Numbered from the stretch's first letter, positions 19,566 through 28,977 are shown. The stretch: DNA of 64,000 bases from Dehalococcoidia bacterium UBA1162 (GCA_002311135.1 DBZK01000010.1:34755-98754), one strand, 5' to 3'. Notes: a model not told the origin generated them from the sequence alone. Numbers and translations are program-made.

Positions 19566-20274
19566 CCTTGAGGGCTTCCTTCTGCTCTTCAAAAAGCTCT
19601 TTGATGCCTTTGTCAGCCAGCACGATCAGCCCGTCGACAGTTTCCTTTGAGAAGGGTTTGCCCTCAGCTGTGCCCTGCAACTCAACAAAGTCGCCTTTAT
19701 CGGTCATGACCACGTTGAAGTCCACGCCGGCGCGGAAGTCTTCGTCATAGCACAGGTCCAGCAACTTCACCCTGTCGACCACGCCCACGCTTATCGCAGC
19801 AATGGCACATTTAAACGGCATGACCTTGTAGATGCCCTGCTTCCTCAGTTTGGCTATAGCCTGGAAAAGCGCCACGTAGGCGCCCGTTATGCTGGCCGTG
19901 CGCGTGCCGCCGTCTGCCTGTAATACATCGCAGTCGACTGTGAAAGTCCTCTCGCCGAGGACGTCCATATCCACCGCTGCACGAAGGCTCCTGCCAATCA
20001 ATCTTTGGATCTCCTGAGCACGTCCCCCCTGCCGGTCCGGGTTGCGCGAGCTGCGGGTATGTGTAGCCCGTGGCAGCATGCCATACTCAGCAGTGACCCA
20101 CCCTGTCCCCTTACCCTTGAGAAAAGGCGGTACCCGGTCCTCCACGCTCACGGCGCATACCACACGCGTATTGCCCATCTGGATCAGCGCGGAGCCCTCA
20201 GGATAGTCCTGGTATCCCAGCGTTATCTTCACCGGCCTTAGCTCGTCATTGCCTCGCCCGTCTATTCTAGCCAT
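19552..20274 (-). CDS. rph: Ribonuclease PH
   Basis: 240 aa. The sequence ([14 protein letters not shown]..., [22 protein letters not shown]) is canonical RNase PH. Confidence 0.85.
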   Translation of the reverse strand: MARIDGRGNDELRPVKITLGYQDYPEGSALIQMGNTRVVCAVSVEDRVPPFLKGKGTGWVTAEYGMLPRATHTRSSRNPDRQGGRAQEIQRLIGRSLRAAVDMDVLGERTFTVDCDVLQADGGTRTASITGAYVALFQAIAKLRKQGIYKVMPFKCAIAAISVGVVDRVKLLDLCYDEDFRAGVDFNVVMTDKGDFVELQGTAEGKPFSKETVDGLIVLADKGIKELFEEQKEALKGLKL

Positions 20275-20344
20275 TTAAATACCTTCCTTATAGATTCAGG
20301 CGCAAGTATAACACCAAATAGAGATCAAATACTAAGCCATTTAT

Positions 20345-20427
20345 CCCTCTCCCCTGCCCCTCTCCACAGGAGAGGGGGTTATATTTATAAGAGGGTCTAA
20401 AGCCCCTCTTCAACGCCCCCTACCCGG
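20345..20427. repeat. Double-hairpin palindromic element CCCTCT...AGAGGG / AGAGGG...CCCTCT (copy 1)
   Basis: CCCTCTCCCCTGCCCCTCTCCACAGGAGAGGGGGTTATATTTATAAGAGGGTCTAAAGCCCCTCTTCAACGCCCCCTACCCGG, with a near-identical second copy at 32162-32232. Confidence 0.6.
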
Positions 20428-20580
20428 ACGACGTTGCCCTGGGAAAAACATGTCCCCACATCGTTAACTACGAGAAAGTAATCTTTAAATCTCCTTCAGG
20501 ATAATGAGTGTTTTCCTAAGACGTAGTGGATTCCCTCTTCAACGCCTTTTCCCTTTATTATTAAACCGGTTTCCTCAATT

Positions 20581-20724
20581 GTCATTGCGAGCGAAGCGAA
20601 GCAATCCTTTGAACGAAGGAAGAGGGCTGATTTAATGCCATGAGATTGCCACGTCGCCCTGCGGGCTCCTCGCAATGACGTGTCAAAAGGATGATTGCCG
20701 CGGCACTTCGTGCCTCGCAATGAC
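20581..20724. repeat. Palindromic intergenic repeat, GTCATTGCGAG-armed family (copy 2: one forward arm and two reverse arms)
   Basis: Forward arm at 20581-20607, reverse arms at 20644-20679 and 20689-20724. The spacer is homologous to copy 1. Confidence 0.65.
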
Positions 20725-20782
20725 GTAATACTGGAATTTGGAATTTTCTACTTTAGAAATATGCTATCCTTTTAAATTAATC

Positions 20783-21643
20783 ATGCCTGACGTAAATATA
20801 TGGGCGCTGGCCGGTACAGGACTGGTGGCAGGGACGCTGGGCTCTATGCTGGGCGTGGGCGGCGGCATCATGATGGTGCCCATACTGACACTGTGGATGG
20901 GCATACCCATGCAGTACGCCATCGGCAGCAGCCTGGTCTCGATCGTCATCAACGCCTGCACAGCCACCAGTGTATATATCGATAACCATGTGACCAACCT
21001 CAAGCTGGGACTGCTGATGTCCACTACCCTGATCCCCGGGGCGGTGGCCGGGGCCCTGCTGGCCTCCAAACTTTCCTCGCCGGTGCTCAGCTTCATATTC
21101 GGGGCGCTTATGATTTACGTTTGTTATACGCTCATCCCCAGGAAACCCAAACGGCAGAGTATGGAGGAATTCGAAGCCTCCAGGGACCCGCACGAGAAAG
21201 AGCATGCGCCGCATGCCTGGCTGGACGGCAGCTACTACGATCCATCCGTTAAGCAGGAGATCAGCTATCAGACGCACCGTCCGGCCACAGGCATGGCGAC
21301 CGGGTTTTTCGGCGGGGTCATCTCCAGCCTTCTGGGAGTGGGCGGCGGCATTGTCAACGTGCCCGTCTTGAACCTGCTGATGAAGGTGCCCATCAAGGCT
21401 GCCATAGCCACCAGCAGCCTGCTGCTGGCCTTTACTACTATGACCGGCTCACTGATCTACGCTTATAACGGCTACGTTATGCCCTATATCATAGCGCCGC
21501 TCATTCCCGGCATTTTCCTGGGTGCCCGGCTGGGTACATTCATCGCCCGGCGTGTCCGGAGCGCCGCTTTGATTGTGATATTTATCGTCTTCCTGCTGGT
21601 AACCTCGGTCTTAATGATTCTGCGTGCCCTGAATATATTATGA
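20783..21643 (+). CDS. TauE/SafE-family sulfite/anion exporter membrane protein
   Basis: Polytopic protein with an internally duplicated 4-TM repeat bearing GxGGG motifs (GVGGGIMMVP and GVGGGIVNVP). The ATG at 20783 is preferred, since the ORF-track start would overlap the repeat element. Confidence 0.7.
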   Translation: MPDVNIWALAGTGLVAGTLGSMLGVGGGIMMVPILTLWMGIPMQYAIGSSLVSIVINACTATSVYIDNHVTNLKLGLLMSTTLIPGAVAGALLASKLSSPVLSFIFGALMIYVCYTLIPRKPKRQSMEEFEASRDPHEKEHAPHAWLDGSYYDPSVKQEISYQTHRPATGMATGFFGGVISSLLGVGGGIVNVPVLNLLMKVPIKAAIATSSLLLAFTTMTGSLIYAYNGYVMPYIIAPLIPGIFLGARLGTFIARRVRSAALIVIFIVFLLVTSVLMILRALNIL

Positions 21644-21654
21644 GATGACTTACT

Positions 21655-22017
21655 ATGCAAACGGTAAATAGTACGCAACCAAGGCTGCAATCGCTGAACA
21701 AGCGCGTCAGCCTGGCGCTGCGCATCGGCATCGGCATAGGACTGGTGCTGGTGCTGGCCGGGATTGTTATATCGATCGTCATTAATACTCCTCACATGTC
21801 CGGCCTGACCCCTATTTCCATGCTAATCCCCGAACTCCTCAAGCTCACTCCGGCCGCCTTCGTCACGGCCGGACTCATCATCATCCTGCTGTTGCCGGCG
21901 GTCATCCTGATCACATCGTTTGCGCATTTCATCGCGACCCGTGAAAAACAGCCGCTCATCGTATGTGTAGTACTGGTTTTGATGCTGGCAGCCAGCTACG
22001 TTTTGCTATTAAAATAA
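21655..22017 (+). CDS. DUF1634-like small membrane protein (commonly paired with TauE)
   Basis: 120 aa with 3-4 TM segments, immediately downstream of the TauE gene. Confidence 0.5.
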   Translation: MQTVNSTQPRLQSLNKRVSLALRIGIGIGLVLVLAGIVISIVINTPHMSGLTPISMLIPELLKLTPAAFVTAGLIIILLLPAVILITSFAHFIATREKQPLIVCVVLVLMLAASYVLLLK

Positions 22018-22056
22018 ATTGACCCTGCCTACCGCCTGTGATATTATTCGGAATAG

Positions 22057-22653
22057 ATGTCACCTCTGACAGAAATAAACACCGAAATAGAACGCTGTCC
22101 TAAATGTGAGTTATCCCGGCACCGCACCAAGTCGGTACCCGGTGAAGGCCCGGAGAATGCGGGGTTGCTATTCATAGGCGAAGCGCCGGGCTGGTATGAA
22201 GACCAGTCTGGCAGGCCCTTCGTCGGCCCCGCCGGCCAGTACCTCGACCAGCTTATAGGCATGATCGGGTACAAGCGCAACCAGGTCTATATCACAAATG
22301 TGGTCAAATGCCGTCCGCCGGAGAACCGCGACCCCATGCCCGGCGAGATCCAGGCCTGCGGCCCCTACCTCGAGCGCCAGCTTGAGATAATCAAGCCCAG
22401 GGTGGTTGTCACGCTCGGCCGCTACTCCATGTCAAAATACTTTCCGGGCGAAAGTATCAGCAAGGTCCACGGCAGGGCCAAACGTATCGGGGGCACGATC
22501 TATTTCGCCATGTACCATCCGGCAGCGGCGCTGCACCAGGGAAACCTGCGCAAGGTCATAGAGGCCGACATACTAAAGCTGCCGGCCGTTCTGGTCGAAG
22601 CAGGAAAAATGGAGGAAGAAAAAGACAGGCCCGCCCAGCTTAAGTTTTTCTAA
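22057..22653 (+). CDS. Uracil-DNA glycosylase, family 4 (Fe-S type)
   Basis: CPKCELSRHRTKSVPGEG and GEAPGWYEDQSGRPFVGPAGQYLD are hallmark family-4 UDG motifs. Confidence 0.8.
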   Translation: MSPLTEINTEIERCPKCELSRHRTKSVPGEGPENAGLLFIGEAPGWYEDQSGRPFVGPAGQYLDQLIGMIGYKRNQVYITNVVKCRPPENRDPMPGEIQACGPYLERQLEIIKPRVVVTLGRYSMSKYFPGESISKVHGRAKRIGGTIYFAMYHPAAALHQGNLRKVIEADILKLPAVLVEAGKMEEEKDRPAQLKFF

Positions 22654-22661
22654 AACACGAT

Positions 22662-24311
22662 ATGACCCGTCAAAAGCTTAGAATAATACCTCTCGGCGGC
22701 CTCGGTGAAATCGGCAAGAATATGCTGGCCATCGAGTACGGCGAAGATATCCTGGTTATCGATTCCGGCATGATGTTCCCCGAAGACGAGATGCTCGGGG
22801 TCGACCTGCTCATCCCGGACATCACCTACCTTCTGGAACATAAAGACAAGGTGCGCGGCATCGTCATTACGCACGGCCACGAGGACCATATAGGCGCCCT
22901 GCCCTACATACTGCCGCAGATCGACGTCCCCGTTTACGCCACCAAGCTGACGCAGGGGCTGATCTCCGTCAAGCTCAAGGAGCACCGCTCGCTGATCAAG
23001 GCCAAGCTCAAGTTGATAACGCCGGGCGTCAAGTTCCAGGTGGGCAACTTCAAAGTTGAGGCCTTCCCGGTCTGTCACAGCATCCCCGATGCTGTGGGGC
23101 TGATAATCTATACGCCGCTGGGGGCCGTGGTAGACAGCGGAGATTTCAAGATCGATTACACTCCGGTCGACGGCCGTCCCACCGACCTCTCCAAGCTGGC
23201 CAAGTTGGGCAACGAGGGAGTTCTGCTGCTCATGGCCGATTCCACCTATGCCGAGCTGCCCGGCTACACGCCGTCGGAAAAAATTGTGGGGAAGACCATC
23301 GAGCGCATTATCGGCGAGGCGCCGGGCCGGGTGATCCTGGCCACCTTCTCCTCATTGATCTCCCGCATACAGATGGTTATCGATGCTGCCGTTAAGCACC
23401 ACCGCCATGTATTTATCGTGGGCCGCAGCATGAGGGACACCGTAAAGATGGCCATGGAAATAAATTACCTGCATGCCCCGGAAGGCCTCATCTGCAATGT
23501 GGAGGACCTTAAAAAATTCCAGCATAATCAGATCGTCCTGATCACTACCGGCAGCCAGGGAGAGCCGACCTCGGCGCTGGTGCGCATAGCCAACCACGAC
23601 CACAGCGAGATACGCATAATTCACGGCGACACCGTGGTCATCTCGGCTACGCCCATACCGGGCAATGAATCGCTGATCAACCGTACCATCGATAACCTCT
23701 TCCGTCAGGGCGCCAATGTTATCTACGGCGAGCGCTCTAATGTGCACGTGCACGGCCACGGCAGCCAGGAGGAGCTGAAGATGCTCATCAACCTGGTCAA
23801 GCCCAAGTTCTTCGCGCCCATCCACGGCGAGTACCGCCACCTTGTTATGCATGCCGGGCTGGCCAAAAGCGTGGGCGTGCCCGAGAGCAATATCTTCATC
23901 ATGGATAACGGCAGCATCCTGGAGATCGACGCTGAAAAAGCCAGGATTGCGGGCAAGATACCCTACGGCAATGTCTACGTGGACGGCCTGGTTCTGGGCC
24001 GCCATGCGCAGGTTATACTGCGCGACCGCAAGCTGCTCTCCCGCGACGGCATCGTAGTGGTGATCCTGGCGCTGGATAAGAAAGAGGGCAGGCTGGTAGG
24101 CAAGCCGGACATCGTCTCACGCGGCTTCGTCGATGCTGAGCACGACGGCAGCGTCATAGACCGCGGCAAGGAGCTGGTGGCCTCTGCGTTTGGCAAGGGA
24201 CACCATGAGCACAGCGCCATACACACCCAGGTCAAGGAGATGCTGAGCCGCTTTTTCTACGAGCAGACCAAGCGCCGCCCCATGATAATTACAACCGCTA
24301 TCGAGGTATAG
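22662..24311 (+). CDS. rnj: Ribonuclease J (metallo-beta-lactamase / beta-CASP)
   Basis: 549 aa. HGHEDHIGALPY motif, beta-CASP and C-terminal domain with RNase J-like N-terminus (LRIIPLGGLGEIGKNM). Confidence 0.85.
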   Translation: MTRQKLRIIPLGGLGEIGKNMLAIEYGEDILVIDSGMMFPEDEMLGVDLLIPDITYLLEHKDKVRGIVITHGHEDHIGALPYILPQIDVPVYATKLTQGLISVKLKEHRSLIKAKLKLITPGVKFQVGNFKVEAFPVCHSIPDAVGLIIYTPLGAVVDSGDFKIDYTPVDGRPTDLSKLAKLGNEGVLLLMADSTYAELPGYTPSEKIVGKTIERIIGEAPGRVILATFSSLISRIQMVIDAAVKHHRHVFIVGRSMRDTVKMAMEINYLHAPEGLICNVEDLKKFQHNQIVLITTGSQGEPTSALVRIANHDHSEIRIIHGDTVVISATPIPGNESLINRTIDNLFRQGANVIYGERSNVHVHGHGSQEELKMLINLVKPKFFAPIHGEYRHLVMHAGLAKSVGVPESNIFIMDNGSILEIDAEKARIAGKIPYGNVYVDGLVLGRHAQVILRDRKLLSRDGIVVVILALDKKEGRLVGKPDIVSRGFVDAEHDGSVIDRGKELVASAFGKGHHEHSAIHTQVKEMLSRFFYEQTKRRPMIITTAIEV

Positions 24312-24322
24312 TAGAATAAGCT

Positions 24323-26497
24323 ATGCCCTCTAAGAACGGCAGGGGAAATCATAGAGGTCCGCAGAAGACAAAAAAAGGCTCCGGCAAGTCCTTTCTCAGG
24401 TCGCTATTTTCAGCTCCCGTCATACTGGCCATCCTCTTCGTCATCTTCCTCTGCCTCTGCATAGTATTCTGGCCTCAGATATCGTCCTGGTTTGACAGGC
24501 TGGGCCAGGATATTCACGCGGCACTTTACAGCGCCTGGCTGGCGCTCTTCCGTCTGATGGGTCTGGGTGTGGCCTTTGCCGCACTGGCCTTCCTCAGCCT
24601 CTTCATCATACTCGGCTGGCCATCGTCCTTCGTCCGCCACTGGAATTACTGGCTGGGCACCGCCAGCTTCGCGGCTGCATTGTGGGGCCTGCTGGCCTTC
24701 TTCCGTCCGCCCAACACTTTCATCGTATCTGATGTTACGCTGGGCGGCTATGTAGGGCAGGCCATTATTACCCGTTCGCCTGTGGCGGGAGGCTTCATTG
24801 TGGCCGGACTGATCGTCCTGGGCATCATCCTGGTCGCACCGGAATGGGCCTGGAGCGTGGTCAAGCGCGCTTCCAAGGGCATAGCCGGTTTGGCCGGTGA
24901 GCTCATGTATGTTATCAAAGAGTTCCGTGAGAAGAGGCCGGCGATAGAACCCGTGGAGGCCGATCCGCCTTCCGAAGCGCCTGCTATAGTAGAGCAGGCC
25001 GAACTTGCATCTCCCGCCGACACCATGGACAGGTTGAGGTCGTCAATAATTGTGGGCGGCTGGTCGCTTCCCAATATAAGTATCCTGGACAAGGTCGCCG
25101 AGGCGGTCATCAGCGATGCCGAGATAGAAAAGCGCAAGGAAGTTCTGGAGGAGGCTTTGACCAGCTACGGCGTCGAAGCGAAGGTGGTGGAGGTCAACCG
25201 CGGCCCCACGGTTACGCAGTTCGGCGTGGAGCCGGGCTGGGACCGCAGGTATAAGGAGGTCAGGGAGAAGGACCGGGACGGCAACGTAACCGTCAGGCAG
25301 GAGGAAGTCGGCCGCACGCGGGTCAAGGTGGAGCGCATCAACTCGCTTTCCAACGACCTGGCGCTGGCCCTGGCTGCCCCCGGCATCAGGATCGAAGCCC
25401 CCGTTCCCGGCAAGTCGGTGGTCGGCATCGAGGTTCCCAATACCACCTTCGGGTCGGTGGGCCTGCGAGCTGTGATGGAGAGCACCGCTTTCCAGAAGAT
25501 GCTGGCTAAATCGCCCCTGGCCATCGCCCTCGGCAAGGGAGCCGGAGGTGAGACGGTGGTGGCCGACCTGGCCAAAATGCCCCACCTGCTTATCGCAGGC
25601 GCCACGGGCAGCGGCAAGAGCGTCTGCCTCAACTCTGTCATCTGCTGCCTGATGATGAATAACACTCCCGATGCGGTTCGTTTTGTGATGGTGGATCCCA
25701 AGCGCGTCGAGCTGGTCAACTACAACAGCATCCCACATCTTATAGCCCCGGTGGTGGTAGATACCGACAAGGCCATCCTGGCCCTGCGCTGGCTCAACGC
25801 CGAGATGGACAGCCGTTACAAGCGTTTCTCGGCCACCAGGACACGCAATATCGAGGACTATAACAAGAACCGCACGCTTTCGGAGCGCATGGCTTATATT
25901 GTTGTCATCATAGACGAGCTGGCCGACCTCATGATGGCCGCCTTCGACGAGGTCGAGCACGGTTTGTGCCGTCTGGCCCAGCTTGCCCGCGCCACGGGCA
26001 TACATTTGATCGTAGCAACACAGAGGCCGTCGGTGGACGTGGTCACCGGGTTGATTAAGGCCAATTTCCCCACGCGCATCACCTTCGCTTTGATCTCGCA
26101 GGTGGACTCGCGCACCATTATCGACTCCGCCGGCGCCGAGAAGCTTTTGGGAAGGGGCGATATGCTTTATATGCCGCAGGACGTCTCCAAGCCCAAGCGT
26201 TTGCAGGGCACGATAGTCGGCGATCCCGAGATCGAGAGGCTGGTCACCTTCTGGTCCGCTCAGCGCCGCCAGGAAGCGCAGCCGGTGAGGTTCGAGGATA
26301 TGGCCCAGTCCGGTCCCGAGGGCCGGAAACCTATGGACGATGAATTGCTGGATGCCGCCCGCCAGCTTGCCCTCGAATCCAAAGAGATATCCGCCTCATT
26401 CCTCCAGCGCAAGCTTCAGATCGGCTTCCCCCGCGCCGCACGTCTCATGGACAAGCTAAAAGAGGAGGGGTATGGGAAAGAGAAGGGAGAAGGGTAG
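24323..26497 (+). CDS. ftsK: DNA translocase FtsK/SpoIIIE
   Basis: 724 aa with N-terminal TM helices, the motor-domain Walker A GATGSGKS and a C-terminal gamma-like winged-helix tail. Confidence 0.85.
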   Translation: MPSKNGRGNHRGPQKTKKGSGKSFLRSLFSAPVILAILFVIFLCLCIVFWPQISSWFDRLGQDIHAALYSAWLALFRLMGLGVAFAALAFLSLFIILGWPSSFVRHWNYWLGTASFAAALWGLLAFFRPPNTFIVSDVTLGGYVGQAIITRSPVAGGFIVAGLIVLGIILVAPEWAWSVVKRASKGIAGLAGELMYVIKEFREKRPAIEPVEADPPSEAPAIVEQAELASPADTMDRLRSSIIVGGWSLPNISILDKVAEAVISDAEIEKRKEVLEEALTSYGVEAKVVEVNRGPTVTQFGVEPGWDRRYKEVREKDRDGNVTVRQEEVGRTRVKVERINSLSNDLALALAAPGIRIEAPVPGKSVVGIEVPNTTFGSVGLRAVMESTAFQKMLAKSPLAIALGKGAGGETVVADLAKMPHLLIAGATGSGKSVCLNSVICCLMMNNTPDAVRFVMVDPKRVELVNYNSIPHLIAPVVVDTDKAILALRWLNAEMDSRYKRFSATRTRNIEDYNKNRTLSERMAYIVVIIDELADLMMAAFDEVEHGLCRLAQLARATGIHLIVATQRPSVDVVTGLIKANFPTRITFALISQVDSRTIIDSAGAEKLLGRGDMLYMPQDVSKPKRLQGTIVGDPEIERLVTFWSAQRRQEAQPVRFEDMAQSGPEGRKPMDDELLDAARQLALESKEISASFLQRKLQIGFPRAARLMDKLKEEGYGKEKGEG

Positions 26498-26555
26498 ATG
26501 AGATGAATTCAATCATTGAGTTGTGATCTGGCGATTGAATAAACTTAATTTGACG

Positions 26556-27161
26556 TCATGCTTTGACTAGTTCTTTGAAAAGAATCCTCGATTTCTCTAA
26601 ATACTGTAAAACTAGCATAGGTTTGCGCCTAGGCGACAGCAATAGCGTACCTGGAGTAATAGCGTTCAAATAAGCACCATAGTGCCGTAATACCATTTCT
26701 TGATATTGATTCCTAGTTAAAGTGTTATTATGGGCTACTCTATTTCTGATGCGTCTCATTTCCTCGATTAAATATCCGTGATTATCCAGTGTTCTGATAA
26801 AATGATCTGTAGGATTAATCAAATATCTAACATTCTCTTTGATATCTTGAATTTTCGACCAACGCAAATATGGCCTTGGTTTACGCCTTCCATAGTGAAT
26901 CATTTTGAAAGTCGCAGCTTGCATATTCCGAGCTGATCCTAGCAATATTGGAGTTGATCCATCCTGATAATTAGCTCCACAAATAACTTTACAAGCTATT
27001 GAACTGATAGAATCCTGTAAAATATCAAACAGCCGAATAATAATAATCTCGGCTACTATTTTCCTATATGTAGGAGCTATTGATGAAATATTTGTCTGGA
27101 GCGTTAATAGTCTGGTTATTTCATTACAGCAAGCTAAATAATCTACATTTAGATTGACCAT
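26556..27161 (-). CDS. HEPN/Abi-like putative RNase (Rx4H motif)
   Basis: 201 aa alpha-helical protein with RIRNRVAHNN, which fits the HEPN Rx4-6H motif as seen in Abi_2/AbiD-F-type proteins. AT-rich gene, separated from the upstream DUF262 gene by only 8 nt. Confidence 0.4.
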   Translation of the reverse strand: MVNLNVDYLACCNEITRLLTLQTNISSIAPTYRKIVAEIIIIRLFDILQDSISSIACKVICGANYQDGSTPILLGSARNMQAATFKMIHYGRRKPRPYLRWSKIQDIKENVRYLINPTDHFIRTLDNHGYLIEEMRRIRNRVAHNNTLTRNQYQEMVLRHYGAYLNAITPGTLLLSPRRKPMLVLQYLEKSRILFKELVKA

Positions 27162-27169
27162 GCAATACC

Positions 27170-28192
27170 TTAGCTTATGTGAAGAGCTCTTTTTAGGTAT
27201 TGATTACGTATAGTGCGCTGTTTAATCCTCTGCGTCGTAGATGTACAGGCCATATAAAAATCAGCGTCATCCTTTTCCCTTTCCGCAAATGGGATATCTG
27301 AAGTAAAATTTGCATCGACTGCATGCAATGCATTCTCTAGACGAACTTTTGCTATACGTCCGTTAATTGAGTCTAAAACTAAAAACAGTGAAAAGAAGAT
27401 AGGATGTCTAGAAAAGATCGTATCTCGTATCACTCCTGCATCAAGGTCGGCTATCTTACTGAAAACCATTTCCATACGGTCTTTCAGTTCCTCCTGCATA
27501 GGAAAATCATCATCGTATTCCTTATAAAATTTGTCTATCACTGTTGCGCTATAATCGGACAATCCATTAATCATATTCAAAGCTAATTCGGCCACAAATT
27601 GTACTTCGCTCATACGTGCAATATCATTGGCCGTAAAAATGCCTAAATCGCGCCAAAGCTGCACATGGGTTGCGGCGCTGTTTAAACAAAATTGTTTCAT
27701 TTCTCCGCTAAACCTAGCGTTTCGCTTTTCCTGTTCATTTAACGTCTTAGCAACCGAATTAAGACGCCCAAATATTTCAATCACGTCTGAATCATCAGCA
27801 CCTATTAAATAGCCGACAGATAAACTTGTCATGAGAAATTTCTCACGCTCTTTCGGATGTAGATCGCGGTACAGTAGTCTTTTCTTATGATCCGGGTGCA
27901 ACGCACCAAAAGATCCATCTATAAATTCAAGAATCGAACGTATTCTCTGTTGTCCGTCGACAACTTCTTTGATGCTCTTTTCTGAATCAATATCCAAATA
28001 GTGACGTATATATATAGATGGAATCGGCTTCTGTTCAAACAGAGAATTGATTAAGTAGGCTTTCTGTGCTCGTGTCCAGACCGAACGACGCTGGTACCAC
28101 GGATTAATATTGAGTTCCTTCCCCTGATACGAATTTAGTACTTCTTTTACGACCAATTTTTCATAATCTACACGTTCCATACTAACCTCCAA
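27170..28192 (-). CDS. DUF262 (ParB-like / GmrSD N-terminal domain) protein lacking a DUF1524 nuclease domain
   Basis: NPWYQRRSVW and VVDGQQRIRSI are the signature DUF262 motifs. The C-terminal roughly 120 aa are alpha-helical with no recognised motif. Low-GC gene. Confidence 0.65.
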   Translation of the reverse strand: MEVSMERVDYEKLVVKEVLNSYQGKELNINPWYQRRSVWTRAQKAYLINSLFEQKPIPSIYIRHYLDIDSEKSIKEVVDGQQRIRSILEFIDGSFGALHPDHKKRLLYRDLHPKEREKFLMTSLSVGYLIGADDSDVIEIFGRLNSVAKTLNEQEKRNARFSGEMKQFCLNSAATHVQLWRDLGIFTANDIARMSEVQFVAELALNMINGLSDYSATVIDKFYKEYDDDFPMQEELKDRMEMVFSKIADLDAGVIRDTIFSRHPIFFSLFLVLDSINGRIAKVRLENALHAVDANFTSDIPFAEREKDDADFYMACTSTTQRIKQRTIRNQYLKRALHIS

Positions 28193-28498
28193 TCTAATTT
28201 ATCTGTACAGGGATGCACAGTTTTTTAGAATCAGTATTATCAAACTCGTAAATAATAATCATCAATAATCTTACTCTCATCAGACTTGACGCTCAACAAG
28301 ATATATTTTTCACGATCGTGCGAGAAGTTCTCAGACCAATCGATTAAATGCTTAGCTCAATCTCTTTACCGTCATCCACTACCAATACACCAACTCTAGC
28401 TGCCGGATATCCCATGAACCTCGCTAGGGGACAATCGCGTGAATTTATCCTTGGTCATTCGTGCCGTGCGAAAAAGATATGTAATCTGTTTTTAGTAA

Positions 28499-28705
28499 TT
28501 AAGACAGGTCCTGATGAAGTATCTCTTTAACCCGGCCAACCTGGCCGCTTTCTAGACGGACCTTGATGCCATGGGGGTGAAATGAGGCGTTTGTCAAAAT
28601 GTCTTTGACTATCCCCTCTGTTAATTTTCCGGACCGTTGATCCGTCTTCAATACTATTGAGACCCGCAGGCCCGATTTTATATTTTCACGCCTTGTAACG
28701 CTCAT
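28499..28705 (-). CDS. YwbE-family (DUF2196) small protein
   Basis: 68 aa. GLRVSIVLKTDQRSGKLTEGIVKDILTNASFHPHGIKVRLESGQVGRV closely matches YwbE-like proteins. Confidence 0.55.
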   Translation of the reverse strand: MSVTRRENIKSGLRVSIVLKTDQRSGKLTEGIVKDILTNASFHPHGIKVRLESGQVGRVKEILHQDLS

Positions 28706-28734
28706 GCCCTAATTCTAACTCTTATTATTCTACT

Positions 28735-28977
28735 TCACTGCGCATCCCGTCTGATCGGCTTAAGAAGGTATCCCAATCCGTTAAGTTTTATTTCATACAG
28801 AGCGGCTAATAGCGCACCAATTTTTCCCGGTGGGAAACCTTTCTGGTGAAACCAGACCAGATAGGGTTCAGGCAGGTCACACAGGACATAGTCTTTGTAT
28901 TTTCCAAAAGGCATTCTTACGGACACCAGGTCAACTAACATTTGGGGATCCATGGGACCGGCCTTATTTTGATCCAT
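28735..28977 (-). CDS. DUF3820-like small protein
   Basis: 80 aa. MPFGKYKDYVLCDLPEPYLVWFHQKGFPPGKIGALL resembles the DUF3820 consensus. Confidence 0.4.
   Translation of the reverse strand: MDQNKAGPMDPQMLVDLVSVRMPFGKYKDYVLCDLPEPYLVWFHQKGFPPGKIGALLAALYEIKLNGLGYLLKPIRRDAQ

Noticed and set aside
19403-20724. Possibility that the GTCATTGCGAG repeats are a CRISPR array
   Set aside because: The repeats occur as inverted, not direct, copies with irregular spacing and conserved spacer sequences. There are no cas genes and no regular repeat-spacer periodicity.
28193-28498. Small ORFs (for example 28348..28530) in the AT-rich spacer upstream of the DUF262 gene
   Set aside because: No start context and no conservation signal. 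The region is more likely the promoter/5' UTR of the DUF262-HEPN operon.
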